Positions 19,732 through 30,225 of a stretch of 64,000 nucleotides of DNA are shown in pieces. A program made the translations under genes and the position numbers. The number at the start of each line of letters is the position of its first letter. Position 1 is the first letter of the stretch. Below the pieces are notes generated by a model that was not told where the DNA came from, did no database searches, and saw only the letters and a program-made list of their open reading frames with translations. Origin of the DNA: a virus; IMG/VR virus record IMGVR_UViG_3300047472_000155, positions 102,839 to 166,838 of that record; one strand, written 5' to 3'.

Positions 19732-20091
19732 ATGAAACTAAAAAATAATTTTGAATTTTACAGCAAGAACGACAAAGATTTTATTTATAGAGTAACTGTA
19801 CAAGGTGACAGTTGTCTGCTTGAATGGGGAGCGGGAAAATGCACTGATAATACCTCATTTTCTTACAACAGTGTAGTAAAATATATTGAAAATGGAGATT
19901 GGATAGTGGTCAAGCAAACACAAGAGTTGGTAGAAGTTATTGAAATTGGAGAATTAACACATTATTTTGCCGAATTAGCAAATGGAGAAATTATTGTATT
20001 TAGAGGCAATAAATATGATGATAAGCCACTATATACAACAATTACACAACAAGACTTTAATAGCATTAAAAAGATTATTGATCTAACATGA
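19732..20091 (+). CDS. Hypothetical protein
   Basis: AAGGAG RBS before ATG 19732. Confidence 0.7.
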   Translation: MKLKNNFEFYSKNDKDFIYRVTVQGDSCLLEWGAGKCTDNTSFSYNSVVKYIENGDWIVVKQTQELVEVIEIGELTHYFAELANGEIIVFRGNKYDDKPLYTTITQQDFNSIKKIIDLT

Positions 20092-20105
20092 AAGGTATTG
20101 ATTAA

Positions 20106-21740
20106 ATGAGTAAATTTAAACTTAGAAATAAATATGACTTTAATAAAAAAGAAGATATTGTTACTTCTTTATTGAAAGCCAGAGGAATTTCTGATATTCA
20201 GGAATTCCTCTCTCCTTCAATAAATGTTCTGAACTCAGCATATTTGCTTGGAGAAATGGGTCTTGTAGTAGCAAGAATATTGAGTGCAATTAAAAACAAT
20301 GAAAGAATATGTATTAGCGCAGATCCAGATAGTGATGGTGTTTGTTCTACGGCAATTATGGTAAGGTATATATCAAAGTTCACAAACAACTATTATATAT
20401 CTTATGCACAGCGTTCCGAAGGTCATGGTATAGAATATCAACTTGAGTTTATTGACACAAAAAACACAGACCTCTTAATTATACTTGATTCCTCGACCAA
20501 TTCCACAGAAGCTTGTGAAATATTGTCTAAATCCATGAATATTATTATTCTTGACCATCATGACGTTGAAGAGGTTAACCCTTATGCATACATTGTCAAT
20601 CCTAAGAATGATAAGACATATCCTAATAAAAACATTAGTGGAGCAGGTGTTGTGTACAAAGTAATTCAAGCACTTGACGAAAGACTTGGAAGTGGAGAGG
20701 TTGGTGATTTAATTGACCTTGTAGCTGTTGGAATGTACGCAGATATGATGCCAATGGATGTATTGGAAAATCGCCACTTAGTTATTCAAGGAATGAAGAA
20801 TATCAAAAATCCAGGATTGCTTAAAGTCCTTGAGATTGCCAATGTGTCACTTGATAAGGTGAACTCTCAAACCATTGGATTCACTATTAGTCCATTGCTC
20901 AACGGTTGTGCGCGTAAAGATAAGCTTGAACTTGGTATTGAGTTGCTTATATGTGATGATGATCAGAGATGCACAGAACTTGTTATGGAAATGAGAGCAT
21001 TAAATGATGAGCGAAGACAAGAAGAAAAAATTCTGTATGAAAATTATCTTACTAAAATTGATCCAAATGATAAAGTTTTGATTGCTATTGATGAAAATGC
21101 ATCAAAGAATTTTAATGGTCTTATTGCAAATAAATTTTCTCAAGAATTTCATCGTCCTGCAATTGTTATGCGTGAACATGAAGGAAGTCTTGCAGGTTCT
21201 TACAGAGGATTTGCGTCTTTTGATATGAAAGGATTTTTGAACCGCAAGGAAATAAGAAAGTATCTTAAATATGCATTAGGACATCCATCTGCTGGAGGCG
21301 TGGGACTAAAGTCTTCTAACTTCAAGGCATTTAAAGAAGCTATAAACAAGGCTCTTAAGCATTATGACTTCAATTCAGACATCTATTATGATTATGAAAT
21401 TGATGCAAGCTTAATTACGCCCAAGCTAGTCAATCAAATACAAGAATTTGATTATTGTAGTGGTCAAGGATTCCCTCCTGCAATGTTCTACGTTAGAGAA
21501 ATATACGTTGAAGACAATGAAGATAGGGTTGTTATGGGGAAAAATAGAGACACGGTAAAAATAAAGTCTTGTGATGTTGATGTCATTAAATTTAAGACAA
21601 ATGAAAATTGGGCTTCTGATGTTGGTACGATGGATACCATTGATGTTGTAGGTCAATTATCTCTTAATGAATGGATAAAGTGGAATGGCGAAGTTGTAAT
21701 TACCACTCAAGTTGTTGCTGACTCATATTTAATTGTATAA
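20106..21740 (+). CDS. recJ: Single-stranded DNA exonuclease RecJ (DHH/DHHA1; SPbeta YorK-like)
   Basis: DPDSDG, ILDHH, ISGAGV, DLVAVGMYAD, GSYR, GHPSAGG. Confidence 0.9.
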   Translation: MSKFKLRNKYDFNKKEDIVTSLLKARGISDIQEFLSPSINVLNSAYLLGEMGLVVARILSAIKNNERICISADPDSDGVCSTAIMVRYISKFTNNYYISYAQRSEGHGIEYQLEFIDTKNTDLLIILDSSTNSTEACEILSKSMNIIILDHHDVEEVNPYAYIVNPKNDKTYPNKNISGAGVVYKVIQALDERLGSGEVGDLIDLVAVGMYADMMPMDVLENRHLVIQGMKNIKNPGLLKVLEIANVSLDKVNSQTIGFTISPLLNGCARKDKLELGIELLICDDDQRCTELVMEMRALNDERRQEEKILYENYLTKIDPNDKVLIAIDENASKNFNGLIANKFSQEFHRPAIVMREHEGSLAGSYRGFASFDMKGFLNRKEIRKYLKYALGHPSAGGVGLKSSNFKAFKEAINKALKHYDFNSDIYYDYEIDASLITPKLVNQIQEFDYCSGQGFPPAMFYVREIYVEDNEDRVVMGKNRDTVKIKSCDVDVIKFKTNENWASDVGTMDTIDVVGQLSLNEWIKWNGEVVITTQVVADSYLIV

Positions 21741-21745
21741 AATGC

Positions 21746-21774
21746 TTGACAAATAGAAGATAAAATGATATGAT
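21746..21774 (+). promoter_or_regulatory. SigmaA-type promoter with conserved spacer element
   Basis: TTGACAAATAGAAGATAAAATGATATGAT. Confidence 0.85.
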
Positions 21775-21805
21775 TGACCTATCAAATATAAGGTGGTTAT
21801 TATAA

Positions 21806-22015
21806 ATGATAGGTCAAAAAAAACAAAATGTAGTCATCCCAATGGGAACTGATACAAAAATTTCATTTGAGATCAACAATAAATATGAACACATTAACAC
21901 AAGTAATACAACATTTCTCATTACCGATAGTCGCTCACAAGCTTTAGTCACATTTAGTGAAATGAAGAGAATAATACAAGAATTGCAAGAATTGATTAAT
22001 ACCGGAGAGAACTAA
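21806..22015 (+). CDS. Hypothetical protein
   Basis: ORF between two promoters. Confidence 0.65.
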   Translation: MIGQKKQNVVIPMGTDTKISFEINNKYEHINTSNTTFLITDSRSQALVTFSEMKRIIQELQELINTGEN

Positions 22016-22023
22016 AATTGTAA

Positions 22024-22052
22024 TTGACAAATGTAAGATAAAATGATACAAT
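22024..22052 (+). promoter_or_regulatory. SigmaA-type promoter with conserved spacer element
   Basis: TTGACAAATGTAAGATAAAATGATACAAT. Confidence 0.85.
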
Positions 22053-22087
22053 TACTATTGTAAGATATCAAGAAGGAGAGATAAATA

Positions 22088-22426
22088 ATGAGCAAAAGTA
22101 AATTGGAGATTTTAAACGAATTGAAACAATATGTTGATGAACGTAAGATTATTCACTACGATTACATTCAGGTTAAAGAAAGCGGATATGTAAGTTATGA
22201 TTCTCTTGGTTTTATTGCTAATCAAATTGGAATTGAAGATGACGTTCTATTAGAATTACATGGAGATTCTATTGATTCGGCACATGTAGGAACAAAAGAG
22301 TTTGCAGAAAATTTGATTGAGGCAGGATTTTCTCTTGACGAACTTGCAGAGTTGCAAATTCTGAATGATTCTTCCCCTGTAGAAGAATTGTTGGAATATA
22401 TCAATGTTTTGATTGAAGAGTTATAA
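22088..22426 (+). CDS. Acidic hypothetical protein
   Basis: AAGGAG RBS. Confidence 0.75.
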   Translation: MSKSKLEILNELKQYVDERKIIHYDYIQVKESGYVSYDSLGFIANQIGIEDDVLLELHGDSIDSAHVGTKEFAENLIEAGFSLDELAELQILNDSSPVEELLEYINVLIEEL

Positions 22427-22481
22427 TAATAATGTTAGCATCATAGAATAACAATATAGAATTAAAATGAGGAGTGGAAAT

Positions 22482-22748
22482 ATGATCCAAGAATTAAAAA
22501 ATGAAAAATTTGTTAAGAAAGTGTCGGTTGAATATGTAGATGGAACAAGTGAAGTATTTGATGGTGAATTCCTTGTACTTATCACCGATAATGGAAATGA
22601 TGGCAAGTGGAATGTAAAATTGTCAGAGGACGCAGAAATGGAAAAGGTTTTGAGCTTTGCCTATGATGCTGTAGATGAAATTGAAAATGCAAGTTTGGAT
22701 GAAGCTATTCCTCAAAAAGCATCTCATTTGAGGTTAATAAAAGGATAA
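22482..22748 (+). CDS. Hypothetical protein
   Basis: GAGGAG RBS before ATG 22482. Confidence 0.7.
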   Translation: MIQELKNEKFVKKVSVEYVDGTSEVFDGEFLVLITDNGNDGKWNVKLSEDAEMEKVLSFAYDAVDEIENASLDEAIPQKASHLRLIKG

Positions 22749-22777
22749 TGATTGGATTTACTTGTTTATTGTATGCA

Positions 22778-22806
22778 TTGACAAATGCAAGATAAAGTGA
22801 AACAAT
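22778..22806 (+). promoter_or_regulatory. Promoter-like element with conserved spacer (weak -10)
   Basis: TTGACAAATGCAAGATAAAGTGAAACAAT. Confidence 0.65.
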
Positions 22807-22830
22807 ATTATCATTAAACGAAAGGAATGG

Positions 22831-23115
22831 TTGAAACTAATGAGCAAAATTTTGGTCAAACACATGATTGTCAAGGCTCCAGCACAAGAGGTTATTATAA
22901 ATCTCGATAATAAAATGAGGATTTCTATTAGTCCCAACAGACTAGAAAACAATGTTCCTAGTTTAGAGAAAACAAGGGAAGCATACCGACAAGATTACGA
23001 TTATCAAGCAATATTCATTAAAGAAGATGGTGGATATTATGATTCGTTTACGGTAAGAGAGTTTGAAGAATTGATTGGCAATTTGCAAAGCATGGTTGAT
23101 TACATCAAGAGTTAA
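22831..23115 (+). CDS. Hypothetical protein (paralog of the next gene)
   Basis: Shares LE....AY.QD and ELI..LQSMVDY with 23150-23494. Confidence 0.7.
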   Translation: MKLMSKILVKHMIVKAPAQEVIINLDNKMRISISPNRLENNVPSLEKTREAYRQDYDYQAIFIKEDGGYYDSFTVREFEELIGNLQSMVDYIKS

Positions 23116-23149
23116 ATAAAAATCACAATATAAGAAAGTAGGATGTTAA

Positions 23150-23494
23150 ATGAGTAAGACAAAATTGATTCACTATGTACCATCAGACGTTATTCTTCCG
23201 GTTGAAAATTATTTGATTGAAGACGATGGGAAAAGCGTTACTATTGCTTCGAATTATAAGTCAACGCTTGAAGGTGCAAAAACAGCTTATGAGCAAGACC
23301 CATTGGCGAATATATTTGCACTTCGACCAAATGGAACAGGGTTGATTGGGTTTACATTTGAGCAAGCAAAAGAGTTAATTCAATCGTTGCAAAGTATGGT
23401 TGATTATGTAGTTCCACCAGTAGTTATTCCTCCAGTGACAGAACCAGAGGAAGATGATTCAGAAGAAGAACCAGTTGACACAGAAACACCGTAA
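23150..23494 (+). CDS. Hypothetical protein (paralog of the previous gene) with acidic/Pro tail
   Basis: Shares the motifs noted for 22831-23115. Confidence 0.75.
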   Translation: MSKTKLIHYVPSDVILPVENYLIEDDGKSVTIASNYKSTLEGAKTAYEQDPLANIFALRPNGTGLIGFTFEQAKELIQSLQSMVDYVVPPVVIPPVTEPEEDDSEEEPVDTETP

Positions 23495-23502
23495 ATAAAT
23501 CG

Positions 23503-23524
23503 TTGACCCCCGAAAAGGGGTCAA
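23503..23524. terminator. GC-rich hairpin, possible terminator or stabiliser
   Basis: TTGACCCC-cgaaaa-GGGGTCAA; no + strand U-tract. Confidence 0.5.
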
Positions 23525-23556
23525 TAAAACAAAAAACTTCCCTCTAAAGGAGATTA

Positions 23557-24690
23557 ATGAGAATGAAAATCGTAAAAACAGGTGAGATTACAAGAATTTT
23601 TTCAGATGATCTTCAAACTTTCGATAAGATTCCAGTTGGAAATTATAAAGTTTGCTTTCACCCAATGATGGGTTTTTACTTGGAAGATGCCGACTCCTTT
23701 AAAAACAATGAAAAGCCATATGGAAAGCATCCTTTAAAAATCTCTAAAGTTGTTGCACTATACCAAAACATCGAAAGAAGCGCTGGCATTATTTTAAGCG
23801 GAAAAAAGGGTATGGGGAAATCTATGTTTGCTAGACTTCTTTCGGAAGAGTTTGCTAGTAAGCATGATATGCCAACGATTATGGTTACAGAAGCGTTCAA
23901 AGGAATCGTTGACTTTATTGAATCAATAAAACAAGAGTGCGTCATTTTGTTTGATGAATTTGAGAAGGTATTTGACAGTGAACGTGAGAACCAAATGAGA
24001 GAGAAGCCTAGTAACAAGGAGTCTCAAGATAGATTGCTAGGTTTGTTCGATGGTCTTTCACAAACGAAACGCATGTATGTAATAACAGTCAATGAGATCA
24101 GAAGAGTTAGCCAATATATGATCAATCGACCTGGACGATTCCATTATCATATTCAATTTAATTATCCCTCTGCCGCAGAGATTGAATTGTATCTCAAAGA
24201 CAAATTGTTGCCTCAGTATCAAAACCAAATAACTCTTGTTCAAAGGTTTGCAAATCGTTTTGATCTAAATTATGATTCATTACGTGCAATTGCCTTTGAA
24301 TTGAATAATGGTTATGGATTCTTGGAAACAATGGAAGACTTGAATATCTCATCTTCCGAGAACCAAAGAGTCAAATATAATGTTGAGGTTCACTATAGTA
24401 ATGGACTCGTTGCGAAAAGCATCGAAGAAGTTGATTTGATGAGTTCTGACTATGCGTTCGGAGTTTCAGTTTCTGGAGAGTATGCACGTATCACCTTCTC
24501 TCCACTTGAAGTTGAAATTCATAACAAAGATTCTTTCGTAGTAAATACGGATGATGTAAAAGTAGATGTGCGTTATGATAGTGACAATGAAATTCTCAAT
24601 GATGAAAGTGAAATCATCGTCACCAAACTTGTATTTAACAAACAAACCGTAGGCGCTCAATTTGGCAAAGAAATGGCGAACTTGTTTTAA
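23557..24690 (+). CDS. AAA+ ATPase
   Basis: GIILSGKKGMGKS, VILFDEFEK, NRPGRFHY. Confidence 0.88.
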   Translation: MRMKIVKTGEITRIFSDDLQTFDKIPVGNYKVCFHPMMGFYLEDADSFKNNEKPYGKHPLKISKVVALYQNIERSAGIILSGKKGMGKSMFARLLSEEFASKHDMPTIMVTEAFKGIVDFIESIKQECVILFDEFEKVFDSERENQMREKPSNKESQDRLLGLFDGLSQTKRMYVITVNEIRRVSQYMINRPGRFHYHIQFNYPSAAEIELYLKDKLLPQYQNQITLVQRFANRFDLNYDSLRAIAFELNNGYGFLETMEDLNISSSENQRVKYNVEVHYSNGLVAKSIEEVDLMSSDYAFGVSVSGEYARITFSPLEVEIHNKDSFVVNTDDVKVDVRYDSDNEILNDESEIIVTKLVFNKQTVGAQFGKEMANLF

Positions 24691-24729
24691 GATTCACGGT
24701 AGTTAAGTATGATGTGACAAATGTCACTC

Positions 24730-24758
24730 TTGACAAGCGAGAGATAAAATGATATAAT
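24730..24758 (+). promoter_or_regulatory. SigmaA-type promoter of nrdIEF with conserved spacer element
   Basis: TTGACAAGCGAGAGATAAAATGATATAAT. Confidence 0.9.
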
Positions 24759-24769
24759 TACAGGACTAT

Positions 24770-24808
24770 AGAAGGTTGACCCCTTAAAAGGTTAACCTTC
24801 TCTTTTTA
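24770..24808 (+). terminator. Terminator-like hairpin in the nrd leader
   Basis: AGAAGGTTGACC/GGTTAACCTTCT then CTTTTT. Confidence 0.65.
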
Positions 24809-24837
24809 TCTCTACTTACACAGAAAGGGAGAAAGAC

Positions 24838-25194
24838 ATGTTGATAGCTTATAATTCTCTTACAGGAAATGTAAGAAGATTTGTTAATAAGTTGGAAATG
24901 GATATGATAGAAGTTAATCCAACACTAGAGATCAAAGAGAAGTTTGTATTGGTCACTTTTACTGTAGGATTTGGCAAGGTGTCCAATAAGGTTATAGACT
25001 TCTTGAATTACAAAGATAATTACAAGAACATGATTGGTGTGTCATCAAGTGGGAACCGAAATTGGGGAGACAATTTTGCAAAAGCATCCGATATAATTTC
25101 TCAATTATATGATGTGCCAATTGTATCAAAGTTTGAATTAGCAGGAATACAAAAAGATGTAGATTATTTTAAGAAAAGGATTGATGAATTGTGA
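24838..25194 (+). CDS. nrdI: Class Ib RNR flavodoxin NrdI
   Basis: SLTGNVRRFV, SSGNRNWG..F, KFELAG. Confidence 0.95.
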   Translation: MLIAYNSLTGNVRRFVNKLEMDMIEVNPTLEIKEKFVLVTFTVGFGKVSNKVIDFLNYKDNYKNMIGVSSSGNRNWGDNFAKASDIISQLYDVPIVSKFELAGIQKDVDYFKKRIDEL

Positions 25195-27269
25195 GTAATT
25201 ATATCGAATTAAATAATGAGGTCTATACACGAAAAGATGGATTTTTCCAATTAGACAAAGACTTGGAAGCAGTGAAAGCTTTTGAAAAAGAAGTTAAAAA
25301 GAAATTAGTAAAATTTAATAGCATTGATGAAAAAGTGCATTGGTTAGTTGACAATGACTATTATTACAATGTATATGAACAATACACAGAAGATCAAGTA
25401 ATTGAAATATTTAGAACCGCATATGAGTTCAATTTTAAATTTCAATCTTTTATGGCTATTTCAAAATTTTATAATGACTATGCCATGAAAACAAATGACA
25501 AGAAAAAGTACTTAGAACACTATGAGGATAGATGTTCAATTGTCTCCTTAAATTTAGCAAGAGGCAACTTTGAAAAAGCAAAGAAGCTTATTGTAGAGCT
25601 TATGGAACAAACATATCAACCAGCAACACCTACATTCCTCAATGCAGGTAAAAGCAGACGTGGTGAGATGGTTTCATGCTTCTTGCTTGAGATGGGAGAT
25701 AGTTTAAATTCTATTGGCAATGTAATTAATACGTCTATGCATTTAAGTAAGTCAGGTGGAGGCGTAGCAATCAATTTGTCTAAATTACGTTCACGTGGTG
25801 AATCAATTAAAGGCGTAGAAGGTGCTGCCAAAGGTGTAATGCCTGTTTTGAAGTTGCTAGAAGACGCATTTAGCTATGCTGATCAAATGGGACAACGTAA
25901 GGGAGCAGGCGCAGCATATTACAACATCTTTGGATGGGACGTTATTGAATTCCTTGATACTAAGAAGATTAATTCCGATGAAAAATCACGTATTCAATCA
26001 TTGTCCATTGGATTAATTGTTCCACATAAATTCTTTGAACTTGCAAAAGAAGATAAAGACTTGCACATGTTTGCACCATACTCAGTATTTAAAGAATATG
26101 GTATTCAACTTGATGATATGGATATGGATAAAATGTACGATGATCTTGTAAATAACAATAATGTAAAGAGTAAAAAAATCAATGCACGTGATATGCTTTC
26201 TAAAATTGCTGTCACTCAAATGGAATCTGGATACCCCTATCTTATGTTTAAAACAAATGCTAATAAGCTCCATGCACTTAAGAACATAGGAGATGTAAAG
26301 CAATCAAATCTTTGTACCGAAATATTCCAACTTGCAGAAGAAACAATTATCAATGATTATGGTGTAGGAGATGTTATTAACAGAGATATAAACTGTAATC
26401 TTGGTTCACTTAATATTTACAATGTAATGAGAAAGAAGAATTTTAAGGACATCATTCACGTTGCAATGGATGCATTAACTGCCGTAAGTGATATGACAAG
26501 CATTATCAATGCTCCAACAGTAAGAAAAGCAAATGATGAACTTCATGCTGTTGGTTTGGGTGCTATGAATCTTCATGGATATCTTACTAAGAATAAGATT
26601 GCATACGAAAGTAAAGAAGCTTTAGATTTTGCAAATACATTCTTCATGATGGTTAATTATTACTCCATTCAAGCAAGCGTAGAGATTGCGAAAGAAAAGG
26701 GTGCATTTAAAGATTTTGATAAGTCTGAATATGCTAATGGCAATTACTTTGTCAATTACATTGGAAAGAGTTATGAACCAAAGCTCGACAAGGTTAAAGT
26801 ATTGTTTGAAGGAATTCAAATTCCAACTATTGAAGATTGGAAACAACTTAAAGAAGATGTGAGAAATCATGGAATGTATCATGCATATAGACTTGCCATT
26901 GCTCCAACTCAATCTATTAGCTATGTACAAAATGCCACAAGCTCTGTGATGCCTATTGTTGATGCAATTGAAATTAGAACATATGCCAATTCAACAACAT
27001 ATTATCCAATGCCTTTTCTTGCACCAGACAATATGTTCTTCTATAAGAGTGCATATAACATTAATCAGTATAAGCTAATTGATATGATCGCTACCATTCA
27101 GGAGCATGTAGATCAAGGCATTAGTACAATCTTATTTATTGATAGCAACACATCTACAAGAGAACTTGGAAGATATTATGTTTATGCTGAACTCAAAGGG
27201 TTAAAGAGTTTGTATTACACAAGAACAAAAAAGCTTGATATTTCAGAATGCACATCGTGCAGCGTGTAA
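25191..27269 (+). CDS. nrdE: Class Ib ribonucleotide reductase alpha subunit
   Basis: [38 protein letters not shown]-terminal CTSC. Confidence 0.96.
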   Translation: MSNYIELNNEVYTRKDGFFQLDKDLEAVKAFEKEVKKKLVKFNSIDEKVHWLVDNDYYYNVYEQYTEDQVIEIFRTAYEFNFKFQSFMAISKFYNDYAMKTNDKKKYLEHYEDRCSIVSLNLARGNFEKAKKLIVELMEQTYQPATPTFLNAGKSRRGEMVSCFLLEMGDSLNSIGNVINTSMHLSKSGGGVAINLSKLRSRGESIKGVEGAAKGVMPVLKLLEDAFSYADQMGQRKGAGAAYYNIFGWDVIEFLDTKKINSDEKSRIQSLSIGLIVPHKFFELAKEDKDLHMFAPYSVFKEYGIQLDDMDMDKMYDDLVNNNNVKSKKINARDMLSKIAVTQMESGYPYLMFKTNANKLHALKNIGDVKQSNLCTEIFQLAEETIINDYGVGDVINRDINCNLGSLNIYNVMRKKNFKDIIHVAMDALTAVSDMTSIINAPTVRKANDELHAVGLGAMNLHGYLTKNKIAYESKEALDFANTFFMMVNYYSIQASVEIAKEKGAFKDFDKSEYANGNYFVNYIGKSYEPKLDKVKVLFEGIQIPTIEDWKQLKEDVRNHGMYHAYRLAIAPTQSISYVQNATSSVMPIVDAIEIRTYANSTTYYPMPFLAPDNMFFYKSAYNINQYKLIDMIATIQEHVDQGISTILFIDSNTSTRELGRYYVYAELKGLKSLYYTRTKKLDISECTSCSV

Positions 27270-27286
27270 AAAGGAGAAAAAATAAA

Positions 27287-28255
27287 ATGACAAAAATATA
27301 TTCAGCAGTTAATTGGAATAATCAAGAAGATGATTTTTCTCTAATGTTTTGGCAACAAAATGTAAGCCAATTCTGGATTGATACAGAAATTCCACTTTCA
27401 AGTGACAAAATGGTTTGGGCTGAGATGGAAACATCTCAGCAAGAAACCTATAAACGTGTTTTGGGTGGACTCACCTTGCTTGATACGGTGCAAGGAACTA
27501 TAGGTATGCCTAAGATTGCTGAGATGGTTGACAACCTTCACCGCAAAGCTGTGTTGAGTTTTATGGGCATGATGGAGAATATTCATGCAAAATCTTACTC
27601 TTCAATATTCTCAACACTTGCAACAACAGAGGAAATTAATGAAATATTTGAATGGGTTGAAGAAAATAAATATTTGCAATACAAAGCTAAGGTAGTTGAA
27701 AGTTATTATAAGGATGTTAAGACAAACAAAGATTTGTACATGGCTATGGTGGCAAGTGTATTCCTAGAGACATTCTTGTTTTATAGTGGATTCTTTTATC
27801 CGTTATATCTTGCAGGACAAGGCAAGATGACATCAAGTGGAGAGATCATTAACTTAATCATTCGTGATGAATCTATTCATGGTGTATTTGTGGGATTGCT
27901 TGCACAAGAGCTATACAAAGATTTAAGCGCAACCGAAAAAAAGCAAGTCAACAAGGAGATTGAAGAGTTACTTGAAGACTTGTATAAAAATGAATTACTT
28001 TACACCGAAGAAGTTTATCATGTCATTGGACTAGAGGATGAAGTTAAAAAATTCCTTCGATACAATGCTAATAAGGCTATGATGAACCTTGGGAAAGAGC
28101 CATTTTTCCCTGACGAAGAGATTAATCCGATTGTCTTGAATGGCATGAAAACAGATACGAAGACGCATGACTTCTTTAGTTTAAAAGGTTCATCGTATGT
28201 AAAAGCTACAAATGTTGAGAAGATGACTGATGAAGATTTTGAATTTGACATTTAA
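27287..28255 (+). CDS. nrdF: Class Ib ribonucleotide reductase beta subunit
   Basis: [38 protein letters not shown]. Confidence 0.96.
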   Translation: MTKIYSAVNWNNQEDDFSLMFWQQNVSQFWIDTEIPLSSDKMVWAEMETSQQETYKRVLGGLTLLDTVQGTIGMPKIAEMVDNLHRKAVLSFMGMMENIHAKSYSSIFSTLATTEEINEIFEWVEENKYLQYKAKVVESYYKDVKTNKDLYMAMVASVFLETFLFYSGFFYPLYLAGQGKMTSSGEIINLIIRDESIHGVFVGLLAQELYKDLSATEKKQVNKEIEELLEDLYKNELLYTEEVYHVIGLEDEVKKFLRYNANKAMMNLGKEPFFPDEEINPIVLNGMKTDTKTHDFFSLKGSSYVKATNVEKMTDEDFEFDI

Positions 28256-28286
28256 TTTATAGTCGGGATTAATTACTGAGAAACAC

Positions 28287-28315
28287 TTGACAAATAACAG
28301 ATAAAATGATATAAT
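28287..28315 (+). promoter_or_regulatory. SigmaA-type promoter with conserved spacer element
   Basis: TTGACAAATAACAGATAAAATGATATAAT. Confidence 0.9.
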
Positions 28316-28333
28316 AGACAATGTAAGCAAGAG

Positions 28334-28467
28334 AGATACGAACATCTAACTTGGCAATCGTGAAACTGTTAAAGGCGGCATGTAGTGATGTGGCATATTT
28401 TCTAGTACGATTGATTGAAGGTTCACAACCACAACAAGTAAGATATTCGATCTAGTAAATCACATCA
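28334..28467 (+). ncRNA. Candidate structured RNA (leader of dut), family unknown
   Basis: Closing stem 28334-28353/28435-28453, inner CAATCGT/ACGATTG stem and three small hairpins, in a ~165-nt untranslated leader. Confidence 0.55.
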
Positions 28468-28487
28468 AACATTGGAGGAAATGAGAC

Positions 28488-29162
28488 ATGGCAAAACGAT
28501 TCTACAAACAAGGTGAACGTATTTGGATTAAAGCATTAAACAAAACAGGAAGAGTGGTAACACTTGATATTCCTAATCTTAGCGCAGCAATTTCTTATTA
28601 TGAAGATGGAGACTTGAAGACACGCAACATGAAATTCATGGAGATTGATAAGTATAAAGATCAAAATGCTAAAGCTTCTAAGAGTGTTGTAAAAAATGGA
28701 AAAGTAGATAATTTGAATCTACAAGAAAGTAAGAAAACTATTCTTGTCAAGTATTTTAAAGAATATTTGCGTCCAATTGGCAAAATTGAAATTGGAGATT
28801 GGATTGATCTTCGTTCAGCACAAAACATTTCTTACAAAGCAGGAGACTTTATTAAGCTTCCTTTAGGAGTCGCCATGTCGCTTCCTGCTGGATATGAAGC
28901 ACATGTTGCTCCACGTGGAAGTACATTCAAAAACTTTGGAGTTATTCAAGTGAATTCTCCAGGTGTTGTAGATGAATCTTATCGTGGAAACGAAGACGAA
29001 TGGTTTATGCCATTGTATGCATTGCGTGATGGAAACATTACATTTAATGACCGCATTTGCCAATTCCGTATTGTCAAGAAGATGGAAGAAGTTAATATTG
29101 TTACAGTTAAAGAGTTGAAATCTCCTAATCGTGGCGGATTTGGTAGCACTGGTAAGAAATAA
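28488..29162 (+). CDS. dut: Trimeric dUTPase with extra N-terminal ~80-aa domain
   Basis: [36 protein letters not shown] (Bacillus YosS/YncF type). Confidence 0.93.
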   Translation: MAKRFYKQGERIWIKALNKTGRVVTLDIPNLSAAISYYEDGDLKTRNMKFMEIDKYKDQNAKASKSVVKNGKVDNLNLQESKKTILVKYFKEYLRPIGKIEIGDWIDLRSAQNISYKAGDFIKLPLGVAMSLPAGYEAHVAPRGSTFKNFGVIQVNSPGVVDESYRGNEDEWFMPLYALRDGNITFNDRICQFRIVKKMEEVNIVTVKELKSPNRGGFGSTGKK

Positions 29163-29249
29163 AGAAATAAGATAAATGTAAGATAAAATGAAAGGGTAAG
29201 GATAATGTTAAAGTTATTTCTTACCCTTTACTATTTAAGGAGGGCGAGC

Positions 29250-29558
29250 ATGTCAAGCATTAAATTAACTAGTAAGCAAATGGAAAAAATTCTTGAAGAA
29301 TATGATATTGACGAATTTGAATATGAACATGTATATCAATCCGAATGGACTGATGAAGGGAAATATGCTTCTTCCGATGTTATTTTCAAAAAAGATGGCA
29401 AGTATTACATGTTCAATGCAACAAGATATGGGAATCACTACAGAGGATATGATCTTGAATTTTATGACAATGAAGCAATTGAAGTAGAGAAAGTAAAAGT
29501 TGTTAAGGAAATTTGGCTTCCAAAAATTACGAATGGAGAGATGAAAAATAATGGCTAA
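29250..29558 (+). CDS. Hypothetical protein
   Basis: AAGGAGG RBS before ATG 29250. Confidence 0.75.
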   Translation: MSSIKLTSKQMEKILEEYDIDEFEYEHVYQSEWTDEGKYASSDVIFKKDGKYYMFNATRYGNHYRGYDLEFYDNEAIEVEKVKVVKEIWLPKITNGEMKNNG

Positions 29559-30216
29559 TTATACGTATGGGAATGTATCAACAGGAACTCTGTTGCACTT
29601 TATCAAGACTTCACCTAACAATATTACACTTAAAGCGATTGGCAAAAATGTTGTCAATACTGATGAATACGGTGTGAATGGCGGTTTTTTCTATGGGTCA
29701 GATCAAATTTCGCTTGCGGTTAACAATGACGTTCCAGTGAGAGGCGTTTTAGGCGGGTATGGATCAGGTTGGTTTAATGAGAAATATTCTAGGGGTACGT
29801 TAGTTTGGGATAAAGCAGCGGGTAAATATAGCGTTCAAGTTGTATCGGCAGCTAGTGAACTTGATGTTTTAGATAGATCGAAGTACTGGGCGCAAGGCGG
29901 TATTAGCATGAGTCTTCAAGATGATATTAATTGGAAGGCAATTGCCACAGAACAGAATATGCCTAATATGACAGGTAAAACATCACGTACAGCATTGGTA
30001 TGGAACACAGGTTTTAACCTTTGGCTTATTGTTACGGAGACACTTTGCACAGCAGAACAATTTAGACTTGCCATTAAGAAGAATATCGGAAGTGGAACAC
30101 TTGTGGATGGTATTTTCTTAGATGGTGGAGGCTCAAGTCAAATGAGATGCTTAGAAAAAAGCGTTAATGGTGACGGAAGACAAGTAGTACAAATGGTTGC
30201 TTTGACCAATAAATAA
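29551..30216 (+). CDS. Phosphodiester glycosidase (NAGPA/DUF2233-like)
   Basis: GVNGGFF, SRTAL, FLDGGGSSQM. Confidence 0.75.
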   Translation: MANYTYGNVSTGTLLHFIKTSPNNITLKAIGKNVVNTDEYGVNGGFFYGSDQISLAVNNDVPVRGVLGGYGSGWFNEKYSRGTLVWDKAAGKYSVQVVSAASELDVLDRSKYWAQGGISMSLQDDINWKAIATEQNMPNMTGKTSRTALVWNTGFNLWLIVTETLCTAEQFRLAIKKNIGSGTLVDGIFLDGGGSSQMRCLEKSVNGDGRQVVQMVALTNK

Positions 30217-30225
30217 GGAGGAATA

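Noticed and set aside
24714-24727. GTGACA-aa-TGTCAC palindrome as an NrdR box
   Set aside because: Does not match the NrdR consensus (acaCwAtATaTwGtgt) and is a single short copy
27287-28255. Metal-free class Ie RNR
   Set aside because: All canonical metal-binding Asp/Glu/His ligands are retained, so it is class Ib
28334-28453. Leader RNA as a tRNA, retron msr-msd or hammerhead ribozyme
   Set aside because: No T-loop/anticodon cloverleaf, no reverse transcriptase in the window, no CUGAUGA core
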